From contig NW_021834636.1 in assembly GCF_006345805.1 (NCBI RefSeq), positions 1 through 46,345 of the forward strand: 46,345 nucleotides of DNA. The letters are read 5' to 3'. How positions within the stretch are numbered: the stretch's first letter is position 1; every line of letters begins with the position of its first letter. Below, piece after piece: positions 11,804-24,397 of this stretch. Source of the stretch: Octopus sinensis (Eukaryota). The position numbers were made by a program, and so were the translations under genes. The notes under the pieces were generated by a model. It was not told the origin of the DNA, ran no database searches, and saw nothing but the letters and a program-made list of their open reading frames with translations.

Positions 11804-12193
11804 GTGTGTGTGTGTGTGTGTGTGCAGTGTGTGTGAGAGTTTTCTGTATCGTACAGGAATTTTGCAAGAAAAAGAAAGAAAGAGAGAGACAAGGAAAGAA
11901 AGAAAGAAAGAGGGAGAGAGAGAGAGACAGAAACAGGGGGACAAAGAAAGACAGAAAGAAGGAAATAAGGAAAACGAAAAGAAATATTGAAAGAACAAGA
12001 GAGAATGAAAGAAAGATAGGCGAAGTGAATAAAAGATGAGATGAGGGGGGGGGCGAGATTGAGAAGGAGAAAAAGTGAGAGACGGACAGAGAGAGGGAGA
12101 GAGAGAGAGAATTAGAACAACACGTTTTTAGTAGAGAGGGAAAGTATGAGTTGAGAGAGAAAGAGACAAAAGGCGAAGTGTTAATATATAATG

Positions 12194-12245
<52 letters not shown>
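11776..12245. repeat. (TA)n, (TG)n, (GA)n and AG-rich low-complexity DNA
   Basis: Direct inspection. Confidence 0.9.
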
Positions 12246-13314
12246 ATCAGATAAACGGACGGAGAATTAGAGATGGTCATTGAATGATAGCTGTGTGCAT
12301 GTGTCTATGGAAACAGAGAGGATGACTAATGTATGAGAAACTAGAAGAGGATGGAGTTATATATTAATATATAATGAGGGGGGGGGAGAAAGTATTTCTC
12401 GGTTTCCTTCATTTTTTATGAACGACAACACAAAAAAATCAACATAGCTGGCTGTTATCTCTAGCATCACGTACGGCCACCAGCTGGACAATATTTCTAC
12501 AAATATTTCTTAAATTGTCCTTCATAAAAACACTAGCAAAATATAGTCTGATGGGCTGTTATTTCTAGCATGATACCAGACCGCCTGCAGTAAAATACAT
12601 TTTATAGACACTTCATGTGTTTTGTTTTTTATTGAATAGCAAGGAAGCTGCTTGTTGTTTGTCGAAAATTCGTTACATATAAGTGAAATTCCTTCACTTG
12701 TAAAAAGAAATGAAGGATAAATATAGTGAATTTGGTTTCTATTTCGAGGAGGAAGACTGACCACATTTGGGAAAGGTTTTTACAAATGCTTCTTAAAACG
12801 TTTTGCAATTTAGTAAAACAAGGCAAATTTGAGTGCACTTGGTGGTTATTTCTAGCATGATGTGAAATCATCCATAGGGCAATTCTTTTTAGAAATGCTT
12901 CTTCAATTATCCTTCAATATGTGGACTGTTTAATTTCATCAATTATGAACTACAAATCAATTTAGTTAATTAATTTCTAATCAACATAAGATAGAGATAA
13001 ATTTTCAGGCGAGTCTTAGAAATAAAAAGTGTCTCCGCTGTTCTGTTTCCTGGTGAGAATGTAGCCAACCTGGCTTGTGTGTCAAGCCAACCTACATCTT
13101 TGAACATAGCGTGAGGTTCCATACAAACTTTCTGGAGACTGTGGAGAAACCTTGCTGAAGAAGGATACTGCCGGAAGGCTACATGCGTAGCAGCAACATT
13201 TGAGTGCTTGCCATACTTCCACAAACAGTCGGAAGTGGTTGTCACGGAATTCCTACCATTTTTCCAGTCCTAATTCCTGGCCTCCTAATTCTCCTGATTG
13301 TAATTCCCTGGATT

Positions 13315-13680
13315 ATCATTTGTGAGGCGCAGTTGAGAAAGAACCGATGATCTCTTTCAACATCAATGCTGAGCTGGTAGCCAAGATCAATTCTTCACTA
13401 TACTCGTTGCCAATCCTAACTTTGCTAATGGCCTCTCTGTATAGGGCCTGTACAGCCCTAATTAACCATTCATCAATTTCCAGTTTCCGCAGATAAGGGA
13501 TCGGGGGGGGACCCTGTCAAAGGCTTTCTCCAAGTCCACGAAAGCTATGCAGAGGGGTTTATCTTTAGCTAGGTATTTCTCCTGCAGTTGTCGAACCAGG
13601 AATATGGCATCAATGGTGCTTCTACCCAGCACAAAACCAAACTGCATCTCATCTAAGCAGACTCTCTCCCTGATTAAATG
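13315..13680 (-). mobile_element. Old internal RTE RT fragment
   Basis: MQFGFVLGRSTIDAIFLVRQLQEKYLAKDKPLCIAFVDLEKAFDRVP is nearly identical to the RT at 40730-40870. Confidence 0.9.
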
Positions 13681-14101
13681 ATATATGTTTGTTCATGTAT
13701 ATATACTTATGAACTGTATGTGACTGCTGATTATATATATATATATATAAAATATTAGAAAAGAACCACCTTTTATCAATTCAAAATGAATAATTTTTCT
13801 ACCTATTATATACATTATATTATTTTTGTAATTTACTTAATCTTTACTTTTTATTGTTATTTTAACTTTTCTATTAAATGTAATTTTCTAGATGGTGTAA
13901 TTTAATTATTCATTTTGAATTGATTAAAGGTGGTTCTTTTCTAATATTTTATATATATTTTATATTGTGTGGAATTCGATTTAGTATTTCTAAATTGAAT
14001 TCTTTTTCCTTGTAAGTTTGGTTTTATTCACTCAAATAGTAACAATCATATATATATATATATATAGAATATATGTATGTATATTATATATATATATATA
14101 T

Positions 14102-14953
14102 GTTAGTTAGTTAGTTAATTTGGCTCAAAAGTAAATAGCAAGGCCATGTAGGAGGACATGGAGTTAAGTACAGGGTGGTGTTCATGTAAAGAGTTCAGGC
14201 CACTTGAGGTCCAGGGAGGCTTTGAACAAAGCGGTCGTCGGCATCTTCACCATCTCGTCTGGCAGCTTGTTCCACGGATCCGCAACCCGAACGGAGAAAG
14301 CTCCTCTCCTTCGATTGAGATGAAATCGTCGCAGGTAGAGCTTTTCGGAATGACCCCGCAGCCGACGCTCTGGAGCAGGAGTGAAGAACAGCTCTTTCGA
14401 GAGGTTACACTTTCCGCTTATGATGTTGTGGGCGAGAATGAGATCACCACGGCGTCGTCGTTTTTGAAGAGAATAAAGGTCGAGCGTCCTCAGCCTTTCT
14501 TCGTAGGACAAATTTTTGAGACCATGAACCATGCGGGCAGCCAGCTTCTGGACTCTTTCGAGATGCTGTATGTCTTTGAGGAGATAAGGAGAAGAGGCTT
14601 GAATCCCATACTCCAATATGGGTCTCACCAGCGTGACATAGAGTGGTAGGAATATGGCTGCTGTGAGCATTCCGAATGATCGTCGAATCAAGAACAGAAT
14701 TCCGCGTGCTTTGTTGGCAGCATGGACGCACTGGGCCGAAGGCGAAAAGGAGGAATCCACCAAGATACCCAGGTCCTTTACCTGATCGGTCCTCTCCAGC
14801 AGCAGACGACCCGGCTCGAAATCAAATTGAGTTGCAGTAGTAGAGCCGACAGGCAGATGACAGCACTTTGACACGTTCAGACACAGGTCCCAATCGTTAG
14901 ACCACTTCCAAATTTGGTGGAGGCATCGACGAAGATCCTCATCGACGAAGATA
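14102..14953 (-). mobile_element. 5'-truncated CR1-clade LINE with uninterrupted C-terminal ORF and (TAAC)n tail
   Basis: Stop-free ORF 14182-14970 with VRPILEYG, LERVQK, YEERLRTLDLYSL, RRRRGDLI, RLRGH and FSVRVADPWNKLP; tail aactaactaactaac at 14102-14116. Confidence 0.9.
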
Positions 14954-15600
14954 TATTTGAATGGGTGCATGAAAATGCATTTATATCCCTCTCCTTGCCT
15001 CTCAAGGATAATCAGTGATGCTCCTGATTAATATCTAATGGGAAATTCCTTACATCTTTACATATGTAAATTGCAATGAGAAAATGAAACGTGATGAGGA
15101 ATCAACACCAAAGACATTTCTATTTTCCTGTTATACATATACACATATATGCACACAGCCGCATCTCTGTGTGAGGGAGTTCGTATATCCCTTTGTCCCC
15201 ATTAATAATCCCAGGTGTTGTTTACTTGTCTTGCACATTGTAACTATGTCTAGGTTCCTTGATATGTACAGACATACTGCATGACCTTTGTGAATAAAGG
15301 GTTCTTTGAAACGATGTCTTCGGTTCCCAGTTCTCCATATAACCGTGTTAGGGCTGTCTTTTGCATGAGAGACTGGGAGATTTATTTCTTGACTCGGAAC
15401 AGACTAGGAAATCTCGCAGACAAGCTCTAAGTCTCAAATCACTAACTGCCAGCCTATGTTGTTAAGTCCATTCGTTACCTGGGAAGAACTGGGCATTCAC
15501 AAGTTCTCCTCTGTCTCCCCTGTTTTCTCATGAGAAATTAGCCAATCTGGCTTGTGTATCACCAGATTCATAGTTGGACAACAGGCTGGTAGGTTACCTC

Positions 15601-16880
15601 GAGAAATAGCAGCCAAATCCCACACAATGAATAGTCATCTCTCTCCCATACCTAGAAATAGCAGCCAAATCCCACACAAAACAAGGATCTCTCTTCTATG
15701 GTTAGAAATAGCAGCCAAATCCCACACAATGAATAGTCATCTCTCTCCCATACCTAGAAATAGCAGCCAAATCCCACACAAAACAAGGATCTCTCTTCTA
15801 TGGTTAGAAATAGCAGCCAAATCCCGCACAAATCATAAACATATCTCTTTCGTAGCTAGAAATAGCAGCCAAATCCCGCACAAATCATAAACATATCTCT
15901 TTCGTAGCTAGAAATAGCAGCCAAATCCCGCACAAATCATAAACATATCTCTTTCGTAGCTAGAAATAGCAGCCAAATCCCGCACAAATCATAAACATAT
16001 CTCTTTCGTAGCTAGAAATAGCAGCCAAATCCCGCACAAATCATAAACATATCTCTTTCGTAGCTAGAAATAGCAGCCAAATCCCGCACAATCAAAACAT
16101 ATCTCTTTCGTAGCTAGAAATAGCAGCCAAATCCCGCACAAATCATAAACATATCTCTTTCGTAGCTAGAAATAGCAGCCAAATCCCGCACAAATCATAA
16201 ACATATCTCTTTCGTAGCTAGAAATAGCAGCCAAATCCCGCACAAATCATAAACATATCTCTTTCGTAGCTAGAAATAGTAGCCAAATCCCGCACAAATC
16301 ATAAACATATCTCTTTCGTAGCTAGAAATAGCAGCCAAATCCCGTACAAATCATAAACATAACTCTTTCGTAGCTAGAAATAGCAGCCAAATCCCACACA
16401 AAACAAGGATCTCTCTTCTATGGTTAGAAATAGCAGCCAAATCCCGCACAAATCATAAACATATCTCTTTCGTAGCTAGAAATAGCAGCCAAATCCCACA
16501 CAAAACAAGGATCTCTCTTCTATGGTTAGAAATAGCAGCCAAATCCCGCACAAATCATAAACATATCTCTTTCGTAGCTAGAAATAGCAGCCAAATCCCA
16601 CACAAAACAAGGATCTCTCTTCTATGGTTAGAAATAGCAGCCAAATCCCGCACAAATCATAAACATATCTCTTCGTAGCTAGAAATAGCAGCCAAATCCC
16701 ACACAAAACAAGGATCTCTCTTCTATGGTTAGAAATAGCAGCCAAATCCCGCACAAATCATAAACATATCTCTTTCGTAGCTAGAAATAGCAGCCAAATC
16801 CCACACAAAACAAGGATCTCTCTTCTATGGTTAGAAATAGCAGCCAAATCCCGCACAAATCAAGGACATCTCTCATTCAT
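15601..16880. repeat. Minisatellite of 25 units (50-52 bp) with higher-order structure
   Basis: Constant TAGAAATAGCAGCCAAATCCC plus three variable halves (A, B, C) ordered (CB)2 A11 (BA)4 B A'. Confidence 0.97.
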
Positions 16881-17103
16881 AAAACATCGAAAAGACACAA
16901 AGAATTGAGGCGTCAAAAAGCGAAAGTCTACAGAATTAAAAAAACATGGAATCCTTTCATTGTTTAATACTTACGCAAATGTCTCGTAAAGGATAGTGTT
17001 GTTTATATATGTGTGTGTATGTGTCTTAGTCCAGAAATACATTAAAAGAAATATAAATCTTTTTTTTCAGCTGATTAAAAGAAATTCATTCAAAGGACAT
17101 TAA

Positions 17104-17152
17104 CCGGAAGTCAACAACATCAAGGAAGAAGCACCTTCAATGCGCATGCGTA
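17104..17152. promoter_or_regulatory. Candidate promoter: ETS motif and NRF1-like motif
   Basis: CCGGAAGT at 17104-17111 and TGCGCATGCGTA at 17141-17152 in apparently unique DNA; minus-strand GTAAGT donor at 16974-16969. Confidence 0.3.
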
Positions 17153-17906
17153 CTTCCCCTGCTGAAATATTCCAAGCAGCAAAGTCTAATTATCTCCCTT
17201 TACCTACCCTTATATTGAGGGGGAGGGGCTAGGGTTAGGGTGTGGTCATTCTTTATGCTAGAAGCAATAAGCAAGTGACACGAAATTCACTACATCGTAT
17301 ATCAATTGAAGGACACGTAAGGATTTATACATAAAATCAAACAAGATATGTTCGTACACCATGCTAAAAACACCAGCCAATGGCCTTTAAATTTTTGTTC
17401 TTTTTCATAGAAGAGTAAAGAACATTTTCAGAAGCATGGTTTTAATACTGATTTAAGGAGTCTAAAACCATGCTAGAAATACCAGTCAATGGCCCTGATA
17501 TTTGCAACTAGGAAGGACATAGCTACCTCATTGTATATTTCTGTATCTCTCTCTGTTCCCTCCCTCTGCTTCTCCTTATCTCTCTCTCTCTCTCTCTCAT
17601 ATTGCATAGCTCCGCCTCCCTGATTTCTCTCTCTCACCTCATACTCTCCCTCTCTCAATATGTATATATACAATTCACTTTATCTCTTCCCTATTTCATT
17701 CTTTCTCTCTGCCTCTTTTTTATCCCCTCCCACCGCACAAGCTCTCTCTCTCTCTCTCTCTCTCATTAAACATACTTATTACTATTTCTCTTTTCCCCTC
17801 TCCCTGACACTTCATTACATATTGCCCCGCCTCTTTTTCTCTCATATCTCGATGACTCCCTCTTTCGGTAAACCTATATATCACTTCCTTTTCCACCTCC
17901 TCTCAA

Positions 17907-17953
<47 letters not shown>

Positions 17954-18116
17954 AGTCTTCCTTTCTCTTTACATATATAAACATATCTTCAACGCACCAA
18001 ATCCCCGATTTCAACGTACAATGATAAACAGTTCAGCCATGGGCTCTTAAAGAGCGTCCTCGTTCGAATTGCTGCGCCTCTGTTTTGTTTTGTTCTGTCA
18101 ACGGAATTCCTGTTTT

Positions 18117-18196
18117 TTCCTGAAGAGAAAGCCACAATATGGTATCCTTATTTAATCAGAATTTGGAAATTTGTGGCCTTTGAAACATGTGTAGAA
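18117..18196 (+). ncRNA. Hammerhead-like motif with canonical CUGAAGA core
   Basis: TTC-CTGAAGA-GAAAGCCACAA(loop)TTGTGGCCTTT-GAAAC-ATGT-GTA/GAA; 11-bp stem II with one mismatch and a G-U closing pair; same stem III as 7546-7634. Confidence 0.6.
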
Positions 18197-18914
18197 TGTA
18201 ATAAAAGGTATTCTGTACAATCTTCGTTCAACTCCATTTCTTCTATTCACTATATATATATATATACACGTGGTTACCACTATTGAAAAGACTGCCTCCA
18301 CGCGCTGCTACTACACTTTCGTCCTTGCCAGCAAAAAGGCTTCTTCGTTCGTCCCCTTTTGTGGTTAATTTCCTGTATAGTATTCTTGTTATTTTCTCGT
18401 TTTGTAACTAATTGTACTTTTTGTACATGTATTTCTATTTTTGCAGTTTTATTGTTTGTCTATGCCAGAAAAAAGGCTTTTTCGTTCGTCCTCTTGTGTT
18501 TGTTTTTGTACATGTATTTTAATTTTGGCAGTCTTATTGTTCGTCTTGTTTGTGTTCGTACTCATTGTGCCCCGCTGCTTGAAATTTTATTTAATTCTCT
18601 CGCAGGAAGGCCTATTGGATTAGTGTTCTGTTATGCCTTCGAAACATGCCTGACTCCTCTAGCGACAGCTGATGACGGGGGTTTTTGTCTTGTGTAACCT
18701 GTCCTGTATTTGGTTTTCGTTTTCCGTTTTCTTGTTTTTTGTTTTTTGGGCTTTTCTGTTTCTACGTCTTATTGTGATGTCCTGTACTTCCGTATAATTA
18801 TTTATATATGCATGTATATATACATGTAAATGTAGGTACGTACATATATGTTTGTATGTATGCATATATTTTTATTTATCTCCTATATATATATATATAT
18901 ATATACACATACAT

Positions 18915-18944
<30 letters not shown>

Positions 18945-18946
<2 letters not shown>

Positions 18947-19106
18947 CAGGAGTGGCTGTGTGGTAAGTAGCTTGTTTACCAACCACATGGTTCTGGGCTC
19001 AGTCCCATTGTGTGGTAGCTTGGGCAAGTGTCTTCTACTATAGCCTCTGGCCGACCAAAGCCTAGTGAATGGATTTGGTAGACGGAAACTGAAAGAAGCC
19101 CGTCGT
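18945..19106 (+). mobile_element. SINE 5' half
   Basis: GGAGTGGCTGTGTGGTAAGTAGCTTG...TTGGGCAAGTGTCTTCTACTATAGCC, shared with other copies. Confidence 0.85.
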
Positions 19107-19440
19107 ATATATGTATATATATATCTCAATTTTCACTCATTAAATTCCTGAAATTTCTATAACCATATTAATCTAAAGAAACTTGTCCCTTTTCACATCT
19201 TAGATAAACTTTTTAGGTCACTTTTAGAAAAGCAGGACGTGTGAGTACATATCCATCAGTTTATCTATCTAGCTAGTTAAACATACACGCATAGATACGT
19301 ACATACATATATATTTATACATACACACACATATATGTATGTTTGTATGTATGTACATATGTCCTATGTGTACGCTTTGTAGCATTTAATGCATTTTTCA
19401 TTTATAATAATATATATATATAGATATATATATGTATATA

Positions 19441-19822
19441 GGTGCAGGAGTGGTTGTGCGGTAAGTAGCTTCTATGAACCATATGGTTTTTGGGTTCAGT
19501 CCCACTATGTGGCACCTTGGGCAAGTGTCTTCTACTATAGCCTCAGGCCGACCAAAGCCTTGTGAGTGCATTTGGTAGACGGAAACTGAAAGAAGCTTGT
19601 CGTATATATGTATGCGTGTGTGTGTGTGTGTGTCCAGTATCGCTTGACAACCGATGGTGGTGTGTTTATGTAACCTAACACTTTGGCAAAAGAGATCTAT
19701 GGAATAGGTACTAGGCTTACAAAGAATAAGTCCTGGGGTCGACTTACTCGACTAAAGGCGGTGTTCCAGTCAAAATGGCCACAGTCAAAATGACTGAAAC
19801 AAGTACAGGAGTAAAAGACTCT
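19441..19822 (+). mobile_element. Near full-length SINE
   Basis: Same head and body plus 3' AAGAATAAGTCCTGGGGTCGAC...AAATGACTGAAACAAGTA...GAGTAAAAGA. Confidence 0.85.
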
Positions 19823-20348
19823 GTATATATATATCTCTATATATATAAACTGTGATGTGTTTTTACGCTTGCTTGGTTCTGTTTCAATGCCACTACATGC
19901 ATCCCGTCCCATTCGCTCCAAAATTTACAGGGACATGTAGAATGAGGTGACGATGCGCGTGGGCTACCTTACAAATCCCTATCTTAAAAGCTGTGGTTTC
20001 TAGGGGCCATCTTCCTACCTCACCCTATTTCCTCCAGTACTCTGTCACTCCTCTTCATTTGACAATGCAACTACCGTTATTTAATGTAAAGTCTTCCTCA
20101 AATCAATCTGTAGCTATTTACTCTCTTCCAAGAACATTTTCACTCACTCTATCTCTTACCTTCCTATACATTTTACTCATGTATCTCTCAGCGTTCATGG
20201 ACAGTAACATGGACACACACACACACACACACACATATACATATATCTAATATTATATTTTTATTTTTGTTTTTGTTTTTGGTTTTTACTGTTTCATTTC
20301 CCTATTAGTGGTTTTATCTCTAATTTAATTCTCTACAGCGTGCACACA

Positions 20349-20379
<31 letters not shown>

Positions 20380-20635
20380 CACGCAACACCTATATGTAGC
20401 CCCAGTACACCCGAATGAAATCGGGTTCTCTTCATCAAATGTGAAAAGGGGTCTACAATTATCATCGCCACAACTTATGTATGTCTTCCTCACTCACTCA
20501 CTCTTTCCTAATGATAATTATCATCGCCACCACCAACACCACCAACACACAATCTGGACAATCTTTCTCTTATAACAAATCATGTTTACATTGCAACGAC
20601 GTCTGCCACCTCCGCCGTCTCTATTTATTCTGCAA

Positions 20636-20830
20636 ATGACCAGAACTCGGGAACTTAGTTTAGTGTTCTATGGTCTATGACCAGAACTCGGGAAACTTGG
20701 TCGAGTGTTCTATGGTCTATGACCAGAACTCGGGAAACTTGCTTGACTGTTCTATGGTCTATGACCAGAAATCGGGAAACTTGGTTGAGTGTTCTATGGT
20801 CTATGACCAGAACTTGGGAAACTTGGTTGT
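20636..20830. repeat. 42-bp tandem repeat, about 4.5 copies
   Basis: ATGACCAGAACTCGGGAAACTTGGTCGAGTGTTCTATGGTCT units at 20636, 20677, 20719, 20761 and 20803. Confidence 0.95.
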
Positions 20831-21518
20831 GTCCTCATCTTATAAAATGTGGCCCCAGTAGACCCAAATTAAATCGGTTATATTAACCAAAAGGTGAAAA
20901 GGGGTATAAATGGGGCTGGAAGGGGATTAAAAATTAAAGGAGCGGGTTGTTTAGCAATTCTCTGTTACATCAAGCTAAAAAATTTGCGCCAGCCTTTTAA
21001 TCGTCAATGTGTTGGCCGTCATGAGATGAAGAAGTTTTGAATGCTTGCCATCGTGAGTCTACTGTCGTGAGAAAGAATCAAGTCAAAACTTGGTTTTTAG
21101 GATTTTCTTTTACATCAGGTTCAAACTTTTACGCCAGCCGTTGAACTGTCAATACGTTGCTGTCCGTCGTTAAGAAATGCCAGCCATGGTGACTCTACTA
21201 TCCTCAAATTCTATCCCTTCAAACTTTGGTTCCAATATTTTATTATTTTTATTCAGCTCGCAAGTTCGTCCTGTCCTTTTAAATGTTAGTGTTTTGCTGT
21301 CTGTCTTGAAGCAGACCTTTCCTTTGTAACTGCCTGATATTTATGATTGATCTTTCTAAATATTTATTTCTCAACTTACTCAAGATCTTTTGTTGTTTAT
21401 AAATGGGAGAGAGATACATAAAGATAGAGAGTAAGAGAAAGCGAGGGAGAGTCCGAGAGAAGGAAGAGTAAGAGAGTGGGAAAGTGAGAGAGAAAGGAGA
21501 AAGAAACAAAGAGGGAGA

Positions 21519-21837
21519 ATCATCATCATCATCATCATCATCATCGTTTAACGTCCGTTTTCCGTGCTAGCACGGGTTGGACAGTTTGACAGGGGTCTGG
21601 GAAGCCAGGAGGCTGCACCAGGCTCCAGTCTGATCTGGCAGTGTTTCGACAGGGGATGCCCTTCCTAACGCCAACCACTCTGTGAGCGTAGTGGGTGCTT
21701 TTTTCGTGCCGCCTGCACAGGTGCCAGGGGGGCTGGCAGCGGCCACGATCGGTTGGTGCTTTTTACGTGCCACCAGCACAGAAGCCAGTCAAGGCGGCGC
21801 TGCAATCCGCCACGTTCGGATGGTGCTTTTTACGTGC
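21519..21837 (-). mobile_element. 5'-truncated RTE 3' end with (GAT)n tail
   Basis: (ATC)n then GTTTAACGTCCG...GGATGCCCTTCCTAACGCCAACCAC, homologous to 42400-42678. Confidence 0.9.
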
Positions 21838-22454
21838 TGAAAGGAAGCAAGAGAAAGTAACAACCACACTCTACCCGCGCGTAGAGCGGGTCACCTTCAG
21901 CTAGTATATATATGTATATATATGTTATATATGGACATGTGTGTGCATGTGTGTATGTAGATATGTGGTGTGTATGTGTATGTGTGTGTATGTAATATTT
22001 GTATGTATATGTATGTGTGGGCGTGTGTGTATATATACATGTATATATATATATATATATATCTATATATATATATGTATGTATGTATATGTGTGTATGT
22101 AATGTGTGTGTGTGTGTATATATATATACATATGTGTATATGTATAAGTGAGAGTCTCCTTATTTACCTAAAACTCTATTCTTCTATTTATTTTTTTATT
22201 CTTTTATTTATTCTTTATCTACTTTACCACTGACTCCTTGACCACTCCCCTAAGTATGATATTTTGCGCTATGCTACCCCCAATAGTCCCCCACCACCAC
22301 CCCTTTAAACCTGCCTAAATGTATAAATGCCAAAACAATTCTTGTTAACTAGCTTCCTGATGATTTCTCTTGAATGAAACAGTTCTAGTCCTTTAGAAGC
22401 TCCTTCTATATAATAATTAATTTTACTCTGCTATGTATTGAGTACCTTATTTAC

Positions 22455-22483
22455 TGTGGTTAACCCCGAATCAACCCGGGACC

Positions 22484-22534
<51 letters not shown>

Positions 22535-23090
22535 TTACATACATATGTATATAGGTTGCAAGACGCAACGAAAATTTTAGGACAATAAAAATAAGAAAAA
22601 AGTGGGAATTTTACCGGTGACTGTTTTACATAATAAGGCACAAAAAGAAAATGATTCTCTCCAGACACAACAGAATATTGAACTTAAGTATTACAACAAC
22701 CAAAAAATTGAACACATTTTCTTATGCGAATATAGTGTTGCGTTGACAATTTCAATTCAAAGTTTTTATTCATTCTGCAAATCTTGTCCGTTGATCCCAT
22801 GCTAAAAACGTCCCATAGAGATTGGTTTGAGTTTTACCTGTAGGGGTGAAAATGATAAAATTGTCTTTGCTTCCCACTCTGGAACCCCAGGATATGTCTG
22901 TGTGAAAAGCCCCTTCTCCAATTGCAAAGCAGTAACTTTGAATGTCTGATCTTGGTACTTATCAATGGACATCGCAAGAGACTGACGTATTGGAAATCGA
23001 AGTCGTTTGAGTTCGAAGGGAATATTTGAAGGTATTAAACTTAAGTGAGGCATAAATATATCTTCACCTTTTCCAAGACAAAAAATATTC
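22455..23090 (-). mobile_element. Helitron remnant: PIF1-like helicase C-terminus and probable 3' end
   Basis: PHLSLIPSNIPFELKRLRFPIRQSLAMSIDKYQDQTF matches the Helitron consensus IPRIPLIP..FKRxQFPVRLxFAMTINKSQGQT; CCCG/CGGG hairpin near 22470. Confidence 0.75.
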
Positions 23091-23211
23091 TGGCTTCTAT
23101 GATATTTCTCGTTAATTTTTGGATTTTCTTTTGTTGTTGTCTGCTATTCATACAGGGCACAAAAGAAGCGTATGAACATACACACTACTTGTGTTTATAC
23201 TTCTCTGTCTG

Positions 23212-23265
<54 letters not shown>

Positions 23266-23307
23266 AATCTATCTATCTGTATATATACATATATGTGTGC
23301 GAGTAGA

Positions 23308-23362
<55 letters not shown>

Positions 23363-23761
23363 AACTATAGATACAGGTACATAAAAATACCTTAGGAATG
23401 TGAACTCAGGTTTCAAATTTCCCCAAGACACCTGATGAAGGTTGAAGGGTATAAAAAATAACATCTAGAATCACTTCCCTTGCGTCATATAAAACCGACG
23501 TGAGAGTTTCAAATTGAAATGGGTTCGTTTTTCGCTTGCGAAGGGGACATGAGCATTGACGCATCAACAGACACACATACGCATGCAAGCTTCCTGCTGA
23601 TACCTTTAACAATTAAACATCAACTAGCTTATAATTTACATTTAATTACATGCCACAACTATATAAAGTAATAACAATATCTAGTACAAACCTTTGTTAT
23701 TATTTTGTTTCAGATATGCGTGTCTGAGTATATACACCTATATATGTATGTATGTATGTAA

Positions 23762-24098
23762 AGGGTAAAGACCCCCTTCGGTCATGAATGACCATGGGAT
23801 TGCACCTAGAAAGTTACCCTCCTAGACACAAGTCCGGGCAAGGTTGTTTATGGAAGGCCAGCAGTCGCCCATGCACACCAGCCTCCCCTCTCCACGCCAC
23901 CGTGTTATCCAAGGGAAAGACAAGGTCAATACAGCTTGGCACCAGTGACGTCGCACTCATTTCTACAGCTGAGTGAACTGGAGCAACGTGAAATAAGTGC
24001 CTTGCTCAAAACACAACACGCAGCCGGTCCTGGATTCGACCTCACAACCTGACGATCGTAAGCTCGACGCTCTAACCACTGAGCCATGCGCCTTCACT
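23762..24098 (-). mobile_element. tRNA-derived SINE (second family)
   Basis: Head GGCGCATGGCTCAGTGGTTAGAGCG...GGTCGAATCC with A- and B-box-like motifs, then GTGTTGTGTTTTGAGCAAGGCACTT. Confidence 0.8.
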
Positions 24099-24099
24099 T

Positions 24100-24108
24100 G
24101 TATGTATG

Positions 24109-24162
<54 letters not shown>

Positions 24163-24296
24163 ATATATGTATATATATTATATATGTAGATATATATATA
24201 TATTATATATATATGTAGATATATATATATATATTATATATATGTATGTATGTATATATATTATATATATATATATGTATAATAATATTATATATA

Positions 24297-24349
<53 letters not shown>

Positions 24350-24362
24350 TAGAGAGATAGAT

Positions 24363-24397
<35 letters not shown>

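Larger units (their letters stand above)
20390..21906 (-). mobile_element. Helentron-like non-autonomous element, same family as 45314-46265, carrying a minisatellite and an RTE insertion
   Basis: Reverse complement begins TACTAGCTGAAGGTGACCCGCTCTACGCGCGGG (compare 45314); blocks at 20830-20990 and 21350-21510 match 45400-45930. Left boundary uncertain. Confidence 0.6.

Noticed and set aside
12970-13245. piggyBac-like transposase C-terminus
   Set aside because: Only a vague resemblance (HVAFRQ); no catalytic motif or TIR recognisable.
14158-14731. Plus-strand 163-aa ORF and alternative-frame ORFs over the CR1 fragment; antisense ORFs over the RTE
   Set aside because: Shadow ORFs of GC-rich retroelement coding sequence.
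15601-16880. CRISPR array
   Set aside because: The apparent spacers are only three recurring, mutually related variants; there are no cas genes and the context is eukaryotic. It is a minisatellite.
23432-23460. Hammerhead core CTGATGA
   Set aside because: The 3' half of stem II and the GAAA are missing; truncated remnant.
24020-24098. tRNA gene (also SINE heads at 18945, 19441 and 35750)
   Set aside because: A/B-box-like heads continue into SINE bodies and lack an acceptor stem.
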